Below, one piece after another: positions 44,267 to 53,645 of a stretch of 64,000 nt of DNA. Both the position numbers and the translations under genes were made by a program. Below the pieces are notes generated by a model. That model ran no database searches, was not told where the DNA came from, and worked only from the letters and a program-made list of their open reading frames with translations. Source of the stretch: Candidatus Eiseniibacteriota bacterium. Lineage in GTDB: Bacteria > Eisenbacteria > RBG-16-71-46. The first letter of the stretch is position 1, and each line of letters begins with the position of its first letter. The stretch spans positions 1,824,001 to 1,888,000 of the forward strand of contig CAVQXP010000004.1 in assembly GCA_963717935.1 (NCBI GenBank). The letters are read 5' to 3'.

Positions 44267-45801
44267 ATGGCCAAGCTCGTCGAATGCGTCCCGAACTTCT
44301 CGGAAGGCCGCCGCCGCGAGGTGGTGGAGGAGATCATGCAGGCCATCGCGTCCGTTCCCGGCGTCACGCTGCTCGACAGCGAGATGGACGCGGACCACAA
44401 CCGCTCCGTGCTCACCTTCGCGGGCGAGCCCGATCCGGTGATGGAGGCGGCGTTCCGCGCGGTGAAGCGCGGCAGCGAGCTGATCGACCTGACCCAGCAC
44501 CGGGGCGAGCACCCGCGCATGGGCGCGGCCGACGTGGTGCCGTTCGTGCCGGTCGAGGGCCTGACGCTCGAGGACTGCGCCGAGCTGGCGCGGCAGGACC
44601 GGGAAGCGGATCGGCGAGGAGCTGGGCATCCCGGTGTTCCTCTACGAGGCGGCGGCCACGCGGCCGGACCGCGTGACCCTCGCGGACGTGCGGCGCGGCG
44701 AGTTCGAGGGGCTGCGCGAGCGGATCGGCAAGGACCCGACGAGCAAGCCCGACTTCGGCCCCGAGCGCATCCACGCGACCGCGGGTGCCACCGCCGTGGG
44801 GGCCCGGCGCTTCCTGGTCGCCTTCAACGCCAACCTGAACACGCCCGACCTGCGCGTGGCCAAGGCCATCGCGGCGTCGATCCGCGAGCAGAGCGGGGGC
44901 CTCAAGAACGTGCGGGCGCTCGGCTTCTCGATCGAGGGCGGACGGCGGGCGCAGGTGAGCATGAACCTGGTGAACACCGAGGCCACGCCCATCCACCGCG
45001 TACTGGCGCTGGTGCGCGAGGAGGCGGCGCGGCACGGCGCAGCCATCTCGGGCTGCGAGGTCGTGGGGCTGGTGCCCGAGTACGCGATGCTCGACGCGGC
45101 CGAGCACTACCTGCAGCTCGAGAGCTTCAGGCGCGATCAGGTGCTGGAGCTGCGCCTCAAGGCGCCGCCGCTCACCGAGGCGACCTCGGTGGCGTCGTTC
45201 TTCGACTCGGTCGCCTCGCCGACGCCCACGCCGGGCGGGGGCACGGTCTCGGCCTTCGTCGGGGCGCTGGCCGCGACTCTGCCGGCCATGGTGGCCGGTC
45301 TCACGCTGGGGAAGAAGAAGTACGCCGCGCACGAGGAGGCCATGAAGGAGGTGCGGCGCAAGGCCGCGGGGCTGCGGGGGCGGCTGCTGGGGCTGGCGCG
45401 CAAGGACAGCGAGGCCTTCGAGGCGGTGCTGCGGGCCCGGAAGTTGTCCGCAGGCCAGCCCGGCCGACGCCGAGGCGCGGGAAAAGGCCATGGCGGCGGC
45501 GGACTTGGAGTCGATGCGGGTGCCACTCGAGACGGCCCAGGCCTGTCTCGAGGTGCTCGAGCTGGCTGCCGAGGTCGCGGAGAAGGGCAACGTCAACGCC
45601 GCCAGCGACTCGGGCGTGGCGGGGTTGCTGGCCCACGCCGCGGCAGAGGGCGCGCTGCTCAACGTGGAAATCAACCTGAAGTCCGCCGGGCAATCCGCCG
45701 ATAAAACCGACATCGAGATGGGCCTGCAACGCATCCGGACGGCACTAGGCCCGGCGGCTCGGCGCTGCCAGGATGCCGTGCATGCCGCCTTGAGCGCTTG
45801 A
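44267..45801 (+). CDS. ftcD: Bifunctional glutamate formiminotransferase / formiminotetrahydrofolate cyclodeaminase (frameshifted)
   Basis: ECVPNFSEGR, HPRMGAADVVPF, PTPGGGTVSA, GNVNAASD. Confidence 0.92.
45677..45704 (+). promoter_or_regulatory. Sigma28-like promoter embedded in the ftcD 3' end, upstream of the TPR gene
   Basis: TGAAG-N15-GCCGATAA. Confidence 0.55.
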
Positions 45802-45876
45802 CAGGGACTGCGTCATGGCGGGAGGGCTGCTGCCTTCGGGACCGGTGCGGCAGCATGCTCCGCGGAGAAAGCCAGC

Positions 45877-47889
45877 TTGGAAAAGGCGATCGACATCAAG
45901 CGACGGGCACAGCGTTGTTTCCAGAGCGGCGATCTGGATGGCGCCCTAAGCGAGTACGAGAAGCTCACCCGTGTTGAGGACGCCGAACCCATCAACATGG
46001 TCCTCATGGCGGACCTCCTGTACAAGAAGGAGGATCTTGCCGAGGCGTCCCGGCGTTACCTGCAGGCGGTAGGCGCCTACACGGAGACAGGGCTCTACAA
46101 GAACGCCATCGCGGTCTGCAAGAAGATGGCGCGGCTGTCGCTGTCCCTGACCGTCGTGCTGCAGCGGCTCGCCGAACTCCACCTGCTCGATGGGCTGAGC
46201 ACCGAGGCGGCGCTCTACTACCAGGAATACGCCGAGCACCTGGCGCGCGAGGAGGACTTCCGCGGGGCCGCCGCCAGTCTGCGCAAGGCTTTCGAGGCCT
46301 CGCCCGAGAACCCCCGGTTGCTCGAAAGGGCGGCCGAGTGGCTGCTGCAGGTGGGGGATGCCGCAGCGGCGGCGGCCTTGCTGATCGAGGCGTCGCGCCA
46401 TTTCACGCGGCGGGGACAGTCCGGTGACGCGGCGCGTGCGCAGGCGCGGGCAGGGGAGTTGGCGCCGGGCGCTGCCGCGACGCAGGAGGCGCAGGAGGCG
46501 CGGGTGGACGCCGAGGCCGCCGCAGTGCAGGAGGCGCAGGTGGACGCCGGGGCCGCCGAGGCGCAGGAGACGCAGGTGGCCGCCGAGACCACCGAGGCGC
46601 AGGAGGCGCGGGTGGACGCCGAGGCCGCCGAGGCGCAGGAGGCGCAGGTGGACGCCGCGCCCGCCGAGGCGCAGGAGGCGCAGGAGACGCAGGTGGACGC
46701 CGAGGCCGCCGAAGCGCAGGAGGCGCAGGTGGACGCCGAGGAGACCGCCGCAGCCGTGACCCCGGTCCTGGCTGCGGAGCCCCCTGCCGAGTTCGTGCCG
46801 GAGGCGGCGCCCCCGCCCATGGAGGATCTCGTGAGCGGCCTCGAGTCACGACCCACGTTCGAGAGCCCACCCGTGGGGGACGTGCCACCCGAGGAGGCTC
46901 CTGCGGGCGTGACGCCCCCGGTGCCCGGCGGTCTGCGCTTCGAGCCGGCCTCCGCGACGGGGAGCTCGATGACGCCGGAGATGTCGGACGTCGAGGACCT
47001 GCTGCGCCGGGCGGCGGATCGCTTCAAGGAGGGGGAGCAGGATCTGGCGGCCGATGCGCTGATCGAGGCGGCCCGGGCCTACGAGTCGCTCGACCGGCTG
47101 GAGAGTGCCGCTGCCATCTACCGCAGCCTGGGCCGCAGCACTCACGCCACGCCCGAGGTGCTGGGCCTGTGGCTCAGGAACTGTGAGCTGCGCCGCGAGG
47201 GCCGCGAGGCGGCCGAGGTGGCCTGCGGGCTCGGCGACTGTGCGTTGAACGACGGCGACCTGGAGCGTGCGCGCGAGTGGTTCGTGCGCGCCGTGGGGCA
47301 CGTCCCCGACCACGAGTTGGCCACCCGCCGGCTCCAGAGGCTGGGACAGCGTGCGGCTGAAGTCGCCCCCGCGGCCAAGAACGACCCGCCGGGCGCGATC
47401 ACGGGATCCGACGGCCGGGTCGAGGTGGCGGTCGGTCGCGCGCAGGCCGTGACTCTCGACCTGGGCTCGGTGATCGCGGAGTTCCAGCGCGGGGTCGAGT
47501 CCCAGCTTTCGGGTGATGCCCAGAGCCATTACGATCTGGGCATGACCTACCGCGAGATGGGACTGCTCGAACAGGCCGTGGAGTGTTTCCGCACCGCGGC
47601 GCTGGATTCCGCCTTCGGTCAGCGCTCGGCCGAGATGATCGGCCGTTGCCTGCTCGACCAGGGGCGTTTCGACGACGCGGCTGCGGAGTTCGCGCGCGCG
47701 CTGGAGGGCCTCGGGGATTCGTCCGAGGCGGGCGTGTGCCTGCACTTCCAGCTCGGGCTGGCGCACGAGGTCGCGGGCCACCTGCCCGAAGCGCTGGCCG
47801 AGTTCGAGCGCGTCTACGCGGTGCAGCCCAACTACCCGGATGTGGCGCAGAAGCTCCGCCTCCTGCGCAGGGCACCGGAGCGAGTCTGA
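45877..47889 (+). CDS. Multi-TPR protein with acidic linker (SgmX-like architecture)
   Basis: N-terminal TPRs (GLYKNAIAVCKKM) and C-terminal TPRs (SHYDLGMTYREMGLLEQAV...PNYPDVAQKL). Confidence 0.8.
   Translation: MEKAIDIKRRAQRCFQSGDLDGALSEYEKLTRVEDAEPINMVLMADLLYKKEDLAEASRRYLQAVGAYTETGLYKNAIAVCKKMARLSLSLTVVLQRLAELHLLDGLSTEAALYYQEYAEHLAREEDFRGAAASLRKAFEASPENPRLLERAAEWLLQVGDAAAAAALLIEASRHFTRRGQSGDAARAQARAGELAPGAAATQEAQEARVDAEAAAVQEAQVDAGAAEAQETQVAAETTEAQEARVDAEAAEAQEAQVDAAPAEAQEAQETQVDAEAAEAQEAQVDAEETAAAVTPVLAAEPPAEFVPEAAPPPMEDLVSGLESRPTFESPPVGDVPPEEAPAGVTPPVPGGLRFEPASATGSSMTPEMSDVEDLLRRAADRFKEGEQDLAADALIEAARAYESLDRLESAAAIYRSLGRSTHATPEVLGLWLRNCELRREGREAAEVACGLGDCALNDGDLERAREWFVRAVGHVPDHELATRRLQRLGQRAAEVAPAAKNDPPGAITGSDGRVEVAVGRAQAVTLDLGSVIAEFQRGVESQLSGDAQSHYDLGMTYREMGLLEQAVECFRTAALDSAFGQRSAEMIGRCLLDQGRFDDAAAEFARALEGLGDSSEAGVCLHFQLGLAHEVAGHLPEALAEFERVYAVQPNYPDVAQKLRLLRRAPERV
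46486..46746 (+). repeat. In-frame 36-bp tandem repeat, about 7 copies (EAQEAQVDAEAA)
   Basis: Unit gaggcgcaggaggcgcaggtggacgccgaggccgcc with variants and one extra 9-bp insert. Confidence 0.9.
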
Positions 47890-48734
47890 TGCACCGGCCG
47901 CCTGAGCCCGGAGGCGGTCGCCGCGTCGATCTCCACGCACACACCCTCTTCAGCGACGGCGTGCTCACGCCCGAAGCGGTCGTGACGCACGCCCTGGAGC
48001 GCTCGCTGGCCGCACTCGCCATCACCGACCACGACTCGGTCGAGGGCGTGGAGCGCGCGCGGATCGCGGCGGGGACGGCCCTCGAACTGGTGCCGGGGAT
48101 CGAGGTCTCGTCCACGCTGGACGGCGCCGACCTGCACATCCTGGGCTACTACCTCGACCCCGGGGACGAAGAGTTGGCGGACTCGCTGGGGCGCTTCCGC
48201 GAGGAACGGCTGCGGCGCGCTCAGTCCATGGTCGAGCGCCTGCGCGCCCTGGGCGTGCCGGTGGACCTCGATGAGGTCGTCGAGCTGGCGGGGCCGGGTG
48301 TGGTGGGCCGCCCGCATGTCGCCGAGGCGCTCGTGCGCGCCGGGCACGTCGAGACGGTGGACGAGGCGTTCCGGCGCTTCATCGGGGCGCGGGGCGAGGC
48401 GTTCGTGCAACGGCCCGCGTTTCGTCCCGAGGACGCCATCGCGCTGATCCACGCGGCGGGCGGTGTGAGCGTGCTGGCTCATCCGGGGGCGTCGTTGTCC
48501 GACCTGGTGGTGGAGCAGTTGGCCGCGGCGGGACTGCGCGGCATCGAGGTCTGGCACCCCCAGCACGGTGCGGCGGCGGTGCGGCGCTTCCACGCCCTGG
48601 CGCGGCGCCTCGATCTGCTGGAGACGGGTGGCTCGGACTACCACGGGTGGCCGCGAGGAGCGGCACTGGGTGAGTTGCCGGTGCCGGCGAGCGTGCTCGG
48701 CCCGCTCAAGCAGGCGGCCGGCGTTCCGGGTTGA
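47889..48734 (+). CDS. PHP-domain phosphoesterase (TrpH/YciV-like)
   Basis: DLHAHTLFSDG, AITDHD, GRPHVA, LAHP, GGSDYHG. Confidence 0.92.
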   Translation: MHRPPEPGGGRRVDLHAHTLFSDGVLTPEAVVTHALERSLAALAITDHDSVEGVERARIAAGTALELVPGIEVSSTLDGADLHILGYYLDPGDEELADSLGRFREERLRRAQSMVERLRALGVPVDLDEVVELAGPGVVGRPHVAEALVRAGHVETVDEAFRRFIGARGEAFVQRPAFRPEDAIALIHAAGGVSVLAHPGASLSDLVVEQLAAAGLRGIEVWHPQHGAAAVRRFHALARRLDLLETGGSDYHGWPRGAALGELPVPASVLGPLKQAAGVPG

Positions 48735-48809
48735 GCGTCCCGCCGGGCTCCGCCCGCCGCCGTTCCGTTGACTTGCGCGCGCGGGTGACCTTACTCTGCG
48801 CGTGCCCTC

Positions 48810-49382
48810 ATGAACGACCTCCCGCCTTCCGCGGAGCCTGCGATCGCGCGACCGCTGCTCACGTCCCGCCGCCTTGCGTACATGGCGCTGCTCGTGGCTG
48901 TCTGCCTTGCGGGGGCGTATGCGCCACGCCCGCCGGACTTCGAGGTGCAGACCCTCGGGATCTTCGGGGCCGGCGTGCTGCTCGGGGCCCGCGACGGCGC
49001 TCTGGTGGGGGGGCTCACGATGCTGGTGTACTCGCTGCTGAACCCCTACGGGCCGGCCCATCCGCTCGTGACCCTGGCTCAGGTGCTCGGCCAGGTGCCG
49101 GCCGGGTTCGCAGGGGGGATCTTTGCGGCACTGGGGCTGCAGGGGCGTCCCGTGGCCGTGCGCGGCGTCGTGCTCGTGGGGCTGGCGCTGGTGCTCACCC
49201 TCTGGTTCGACCTGGTGACCAACGTGGCGACCGGTCTGGTCTTCGGCCAGATGCGCGTCGTCCTCCTGCAGGGGATCCCATTCGCGTTATGGCACACCGG
49301 CTCCAACGTGCTGCTCTTCGTGCTGCTCGGTACGCCGCTCGTGGCGGTGTTCGGGCGCTATCGGGCGCGGCTCTCCTCCTGA
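48810..49382 (+). CDS. ECF transporter S component (CbrT-like)
   Basis: About 6 hydrophobic helices; PDFE...LNPYG...FDLVTN...GIPFALWH pattern. Upstream TTGACT-N18-TACTCT. Confidence 0.75.
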   Translation: MNDLPPSAEPAIARPLLTSRRLAYMALLVAVCLAGAYAPRPPDFEVQTLGIFGAGVLLGARDGALVGGLTMLVYSLLNPYGPAHPLVTLAQVLGQVPAGFAGGIFAALGLQGRPVAVRGVVLVGLALVLTLWFDLVTNVATGLVFGQMRVVLLQGIPFALWHTGSNVLLFVLLGTPLVAVFGRYRARLSS

Positions 49383-51093
49383 CGCTCGGCGCGCCCGCGG
49401 CGCGTGGGCAGGCCCCGGAGGCCGGGGCCGCCGCGCTCGCGGGTTCGGGGCTGTTGGATGCGGTCTCGTGGTGGGGCGAGCCGGGACGCGCCGGCTGGCT
49501 GCCCGGGGCCTGGCTCGGCATGGCGCCCCCCTCCTCACTGGCCGGGTTGGCGCTGGGGGGCTGGCACCTCGAGGAGCCGGGCCGCGCGCCGGCCTCCACG
49601 CCGTGGCCGGGTGTCTGCCAGGCCCGCTCACCGCTCGCCTGGTACGACTCCCTCGAAGTGCGGGGGACGGGCGGGGGGCGTTCGCCGGATTCGGCGGGGC
49701 GATCGCCGGCCTGCGCGGGCACACGCCGGTCGCGGAGCGGCGGGCGCGGGCCACGTTCTCCCTCGTCAACGGCTCGGGGGGGCTCGACGGGAACGCCCTC
49801 ACCCTGGTCAGGGGGGACTCGCTGCGGGGCTTCGGTGTGGACGTGGCGAACGGGAAGTGCGGTGCGACGGGGGGGCTTCAACTTGCCGGCCGTCACCAGT
49901 GGGGCGCGCACGCGAACCTGACGCGGGGGCGTCATGAATTCCAGGCGAGCGTCGCTCAGCGTGGTGCCGCGACACAACTCGTGGGCCTGGAGGAGCAGTC
50001 GGCCTCCGGGCAGAGCGGGGCGGCGGCGTGGCGCTGGCAACGCGGTGGGACCGGCTGGACGGCAGCGTTCTCGCGAGGGCTGGACCGGCACGAGAGCTTC
50101 GGTGGTCTGCTCGCGTACTCGCAGCGGGAGGCGCAGGAGACCCGTCTGACGGCGGGCTTCGGGCAGGCGCGCGACGGGCGTGAGCTGAACGCGCGGGCGG
50201 AGTGGACCGAAGGCTCGGTCAAGCGCTTCGGGAGCGGGGCGTTCTCGCGGGAGTGCCGCGGGCTCTGGGGCGCGGTCCGCGTGAAGCTGCCCGCGAGTGG
50301 CGGCCGGCTGGATCTCGCCCTGGGCATGGGCCGCCACGGGGGAGTGGACCGCTTCGAGGTGGCGCCCAGCGCGGAGTTCCAGGTCCGCTCCCGCGGGCTT
50401 GACGCCGCGCTCGGGCTCGAGCGCGTGCTCACGCCCGTGTGGGCGGATCTCGCGCCGGGGACGGAGCCGTTCCTGCAGCACGCCTGGATCGGTACGATGA
50501 GGCTCGCGACCGCGCGGCCCGGAGGCTGGCGCGCGCGTGCCTCGCTGCGGGCGGGGCGTGTCTATTCGCGCGCGCTCCTGGAGCGGTTGCCGCTCGAGGA
50601 TCTGTGGTTGCGCCGTGGGCTGCGCCCCGAGTGCGGGACCTACGACCTCGCGCTCGCCGAGGGTGGGCTCGAGTGGGAGGGGCGGTGTGCCGGCGCGGGC
50701 GTGGAGGGCTTCGGGCTCGCGCACCGCAGCAGGGCCGCGCCAGGTGGCGCCGCGCGTGTCCCCGGCGTGGACCCCGACGTTGGTTGCCGGGCGTGGGTGG
50801 GTGGCCGCACCACGCTCTTCGGCGGTGACCTCGGCGTGGGACTGCGTGGCGAGGCCGCGGGCGTGGGGGTGCGTGAGGCGCAGGTCGAGCCGCTGCGCCG
50901 CCTGCCCGCGTTCGTGACCTTTGCGCTGGTCGGGCAGGTGACGCTGCTGCACGACGCGGTGATCGTGCTGCGGGCGCGCAATCTCGAGGATCGCCCGCGC
51001 GCGCAGCTCTGGACCGATTCGGCGACCGGGTTGCCCGCGGTCACGGAGGGCCGCAACCTGACCCTGAGCTTCGTGTGGAGGCTGTTCAACTGA
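49340..51093 (+). CDS. Degenerate TonB-receptor-like outer-membrane barrel (frameshift near 49680)
   Basis: Signal peptide, plug-like WYDSLEVRG, C-terminal RARNLED...GRNLTLSFVWRLFN. Start uncertain. Confidence 0.5.
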
Positions 51094-51170
51094 ACCGGGT
51101 CCCGTGAGCGGACGGGGCCGGCGAAGGCCCCGCCCGGAACGGGAACCGCACGCGCCCCCGCGGAGATCGG

Positions 51171-51629
51171 ATGCCCGCCTGGACGCCGGCGGAGCGGCGC
51201 GGCGCGCTGCTGGTGGCGCTGTTGCTCTCGCTGGGTGCGACGCGTGACCTGTGGCGCGCGACGCATCCGCGGACGCCCCCCCCGCCGCCGGCGACGGCGG
51301 ACGGTTCCGGCGGCCGCCCGGCGGCCGGCGTGGCTACCCGAGTGGAGCGGCCCGGCCCGGTGCCGGGGGAAGCCGCGCCGGCTGTGGACCTCAACCAGGC
51401 GGGGCTCGCCGAGTTGGACGCCCTGCCCGGCATCGGGCCCGTGCTCGCCGGGCGCATCCTGGAGCACCGCAACGCCCACGGCCCGTTCCGGGAGCCGGAG
51501 GACCTGCTCGCGGTGCCCGGCATCGGGCCGCGCCTCCTCGAGCGTCTTCGTCCCCGGATCCGTGTCGGCTCCCCCGCGACCGCAGAAACCGGGTCCGGCG
51601 CGCGTCCGGCCGGCCCGCCCCGGCCCTGA
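51171..51629 (+). CDS. comEA: ComEA-family helix-hairpin-helix DNA-binding protein
   Basis: VDLNQAGLAELDALPGIGPVLAGRI...DLLAVPGIGP; N-terminal TM. Confidence 0.88.
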   Translation: MPAWTPAERRGALLVALLLSLGATRDLWRATHPRTPPPPPATADGSGGRPAAGVATRVERPGPVPGEAAPAVDLNQAGLAELDALPGIGPVLAGRILEHRNAHGPFREPEDLLAVPGIGPRLLERLRPRIRVGSPATAETGSGARPAGPPRP

Positions 51630-51680
51630 GGACGTTGCATTCGGCATGACCGCCCCCGCTTTCCGCGTGTGGATTCCGGT

Positions 51681-51708
51681 TCAGGAGGACGGGGAGACCG
51701 GCCGATAA
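51681..51708 (+). promoter_or_regulatory. Sigma28-like promoter upstream of pilB
   Basis: TCAGG-N15-GCCGATAA. Confidence 0.6.
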
Positions 51709-51878
51709 CCCGGGTGAATCGGGACGTCCAAGTGCATCGTGCGGCGGCCGTTCGCTCCTCGAATCCCGGCTGCCGGGATGCACGCCGCTTCCGTTCGCAG
51801 GCTCAAACGCCCCGCGACTCCGTTTCCGCTGTGGCGGAGAGGGTGTCGCGCGGCACGACCACCGCCGGGGACCGATCC

Positions 51879-53573
51879 GTGCAGGAAGACATCGGACAGC
51901 TGCTTCTCGCAGCCCAGCTGATCGACGAGGACGTGCTCAACAAGGCCTCGCTTCAGCAGAAGAGCACGGGCGGGAGCCTGACCGGCAACCTGGTCAAGAT
52001 CGGCGCGCTCAGCGAAGACGCGCTCCTCGAGTTCCTTGCGCGGCACTACGGCACGCCCGCGTTCGATCTGAAGACCTTCGTGCCCGACCCCGCGCTCACG
52101 CGGCTCATCCCGGGGGACATCGCCACCCGGTTCATGGCGCTGCCCGTCTCCCGCAGCGGGCGGCGGCTGGTGGTCGCCATGGCGAACCCCACGAACATCT
52201 TCGCCATCGACGACATCAAGTTCATCACCGGCTACGAGGTCGAGCCGCAAGTCGCGACGGAAGCCGGGCTCAAGAAAGCCCTCGACCGCGCCTACGACTC
52301 GGCCGGCACGATGGCCGACGTGATGAAGGGCATCGAGGACGATCTGTCGGTCGTCGAGGAGGACGACAGCGCCGAGGTCGAAGCGGGGCTCTCGGCGGCC
52401 GACGAGGCGCCGATCGTCAAGCTCGTGAACTCGCTCATCGCCGATGCGGTGCGCAAGGGAGCCTCGGACATCCACGTCGAGCCCTACGAGCGGAGCATGC
52501 GGGTGCGCTTCCGCATCGACGGCGTGATGCAGGAGATGATGTCGCCGCCCTTCAAGTTCAAGGCGGCCATCCTCTCGCGGCTGAAGATCATGGCGGAGCT
52601 GGACATCGCGGAACGGCGCGTGCCGCAGGACGGTCGCATCAAGATCAAGGTGATGAACCGCACCATCGACCTGCGCGTCTCGTCGTTGCCGACGATCTTC
52701 GGCGAGAAGATCGTGATGCGAATCCTGGACAAGGCGAACCTCAACATCGACCTGGAGAAGCTCGGCTTCGAGCCGGCCTCGATGAAGGAGTTCGTCTCGG
52801 CGATCGCCAACCCCTACGGCATGGTGCTGGTGACGGGGCCCACCGGGTCCGGCAAGACCACCACGCTTTACTCGGCGCTCTCGCGCGTGAACACGCCCGA
52901 GGTCAACGTGATGACCGCCGAGGACCCGGTCGAGTACAACCTGGACGGCATCAACCAGGTGCTGGTGCACGAGGACATCGGGCTCACCTTCTCCGCGGCG
53001 CTCAAGGCGTTCCTGCGGCAGGACCCCAACATCATCATGGTGGGCGAGATCCGCGACCTGGACACGGGCTCGATCGCGGTCAAGGCGGCGCTCACGGGCC
53101 ACCTGGTGCTCTCCACGCTGCACACCAACGACGCGCCGAGCGCGATCGGCCGCCTGATCGACATGGGAGTCGAGCCGTTCCTGGTGGCGTCGTCGGTCAA
53201 TCTGATCCTGGCCCAGCGCCTGGTGCGCAAGGTGTGCAGTGGCTGCAAGGCTCCCCTGACGCTCAGCGCGGAGGTGTTGCACGAGCTGCAGCTCACGCCC
53301 GAGCAGGCCGCGAAGGCTTCGTTCGTCGAAGGCCAGGGGTGTGTGGACTGCAACAACACCGGCTACCGCGGGCGCCAGGGCGTGTACGAGGTGATGCCGA
53401 TGACGCCGGCGATCCGCGAACTGGTGCTGGAGCGGGCGTCGGCCAACGAGATCAAGCGGGTGGCCATCGAGCAGGGCATGCTGACCCTGCGCCGGGATGC
53501 GCTGGAGAAGCTCAAGCGCGGCATGACCACGGTCGAGGAAGTGCTCAAGGAGACGGCGGCGGACCAGTTCTAG
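51879..53573 (+). CDS. pilB: Type IV pilus assembly ATPase
   Basis: MshEN-like N-terminus, ASDIH, GPTGSGKTT, LRQDP, CxxC pairs. Confidence 0.96.
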   Translation: MQEDIGQLLLAAQLIDEDVLNKASLQQKSTGGSLTGNLVKIGALSEDALLEFLARHYGTPAFDLKTFVPDPALTRLIPGDIATRFMALPVSRSGRRLVVAMANPTNIFAIDDIKFITGYEVEPQVATEAGLKKALDRAYDSAGTMADVMKGIEDDLSVVEEDDSAEVEAGLSAADEAPIVKLVNSLIADAVRKGASDIHVEPYERSMRVRFRIDGVMQEMMSPPFKFKAAILSRLKIMAELDIAERRVPQDGRIKIKVMNRTIDLRVSSLPTIFGEKIVMRILDKANLNIDLEKLGFEPASMKEFVSAIANPYGMVLVTGPTGSGKTTTLYSALSRVNTPEVNVMTAEDPVEYNLDGINQVLVHEDIGLTFSAALKAFLRQDPNIIMVGEIRDLDTGSIAVKAALTGHLVLSTLHTNDAPSAIGRLIDMGVEPFLVASSVNLILAQRLVRKVCSGCKAPLTLSAEVLHELQLTPEQAAKASFVEGQGCVDCNNTGYRGRQGVYEVMPMTPAIRELVLERASANEIKRVAIEQGMLTLRRDALEKLKRGMTTVEEVLKETAADQF

Positions 53574-53645
53574 TCGCGCACCGGCGCACGGGCCCCGCGA
53601 TCGGCGGGCGTCCGCACTGCCGAATCGGAGAGGAGAGGATCAGAC

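Noticed and set aside
46486..46746. CRISPR array
   Set aside because: The 36-bp units are contiguous, in frame within a CDS, have no unique spacers and no cas genes nearby.
51721..51736. Sigma54 promoter upstream of pilB (GGGACGTCCAAGTGCA)
   Set aside because: Only the GG-N10-GC core matches; the sigma28-like motif just upstream fits better.
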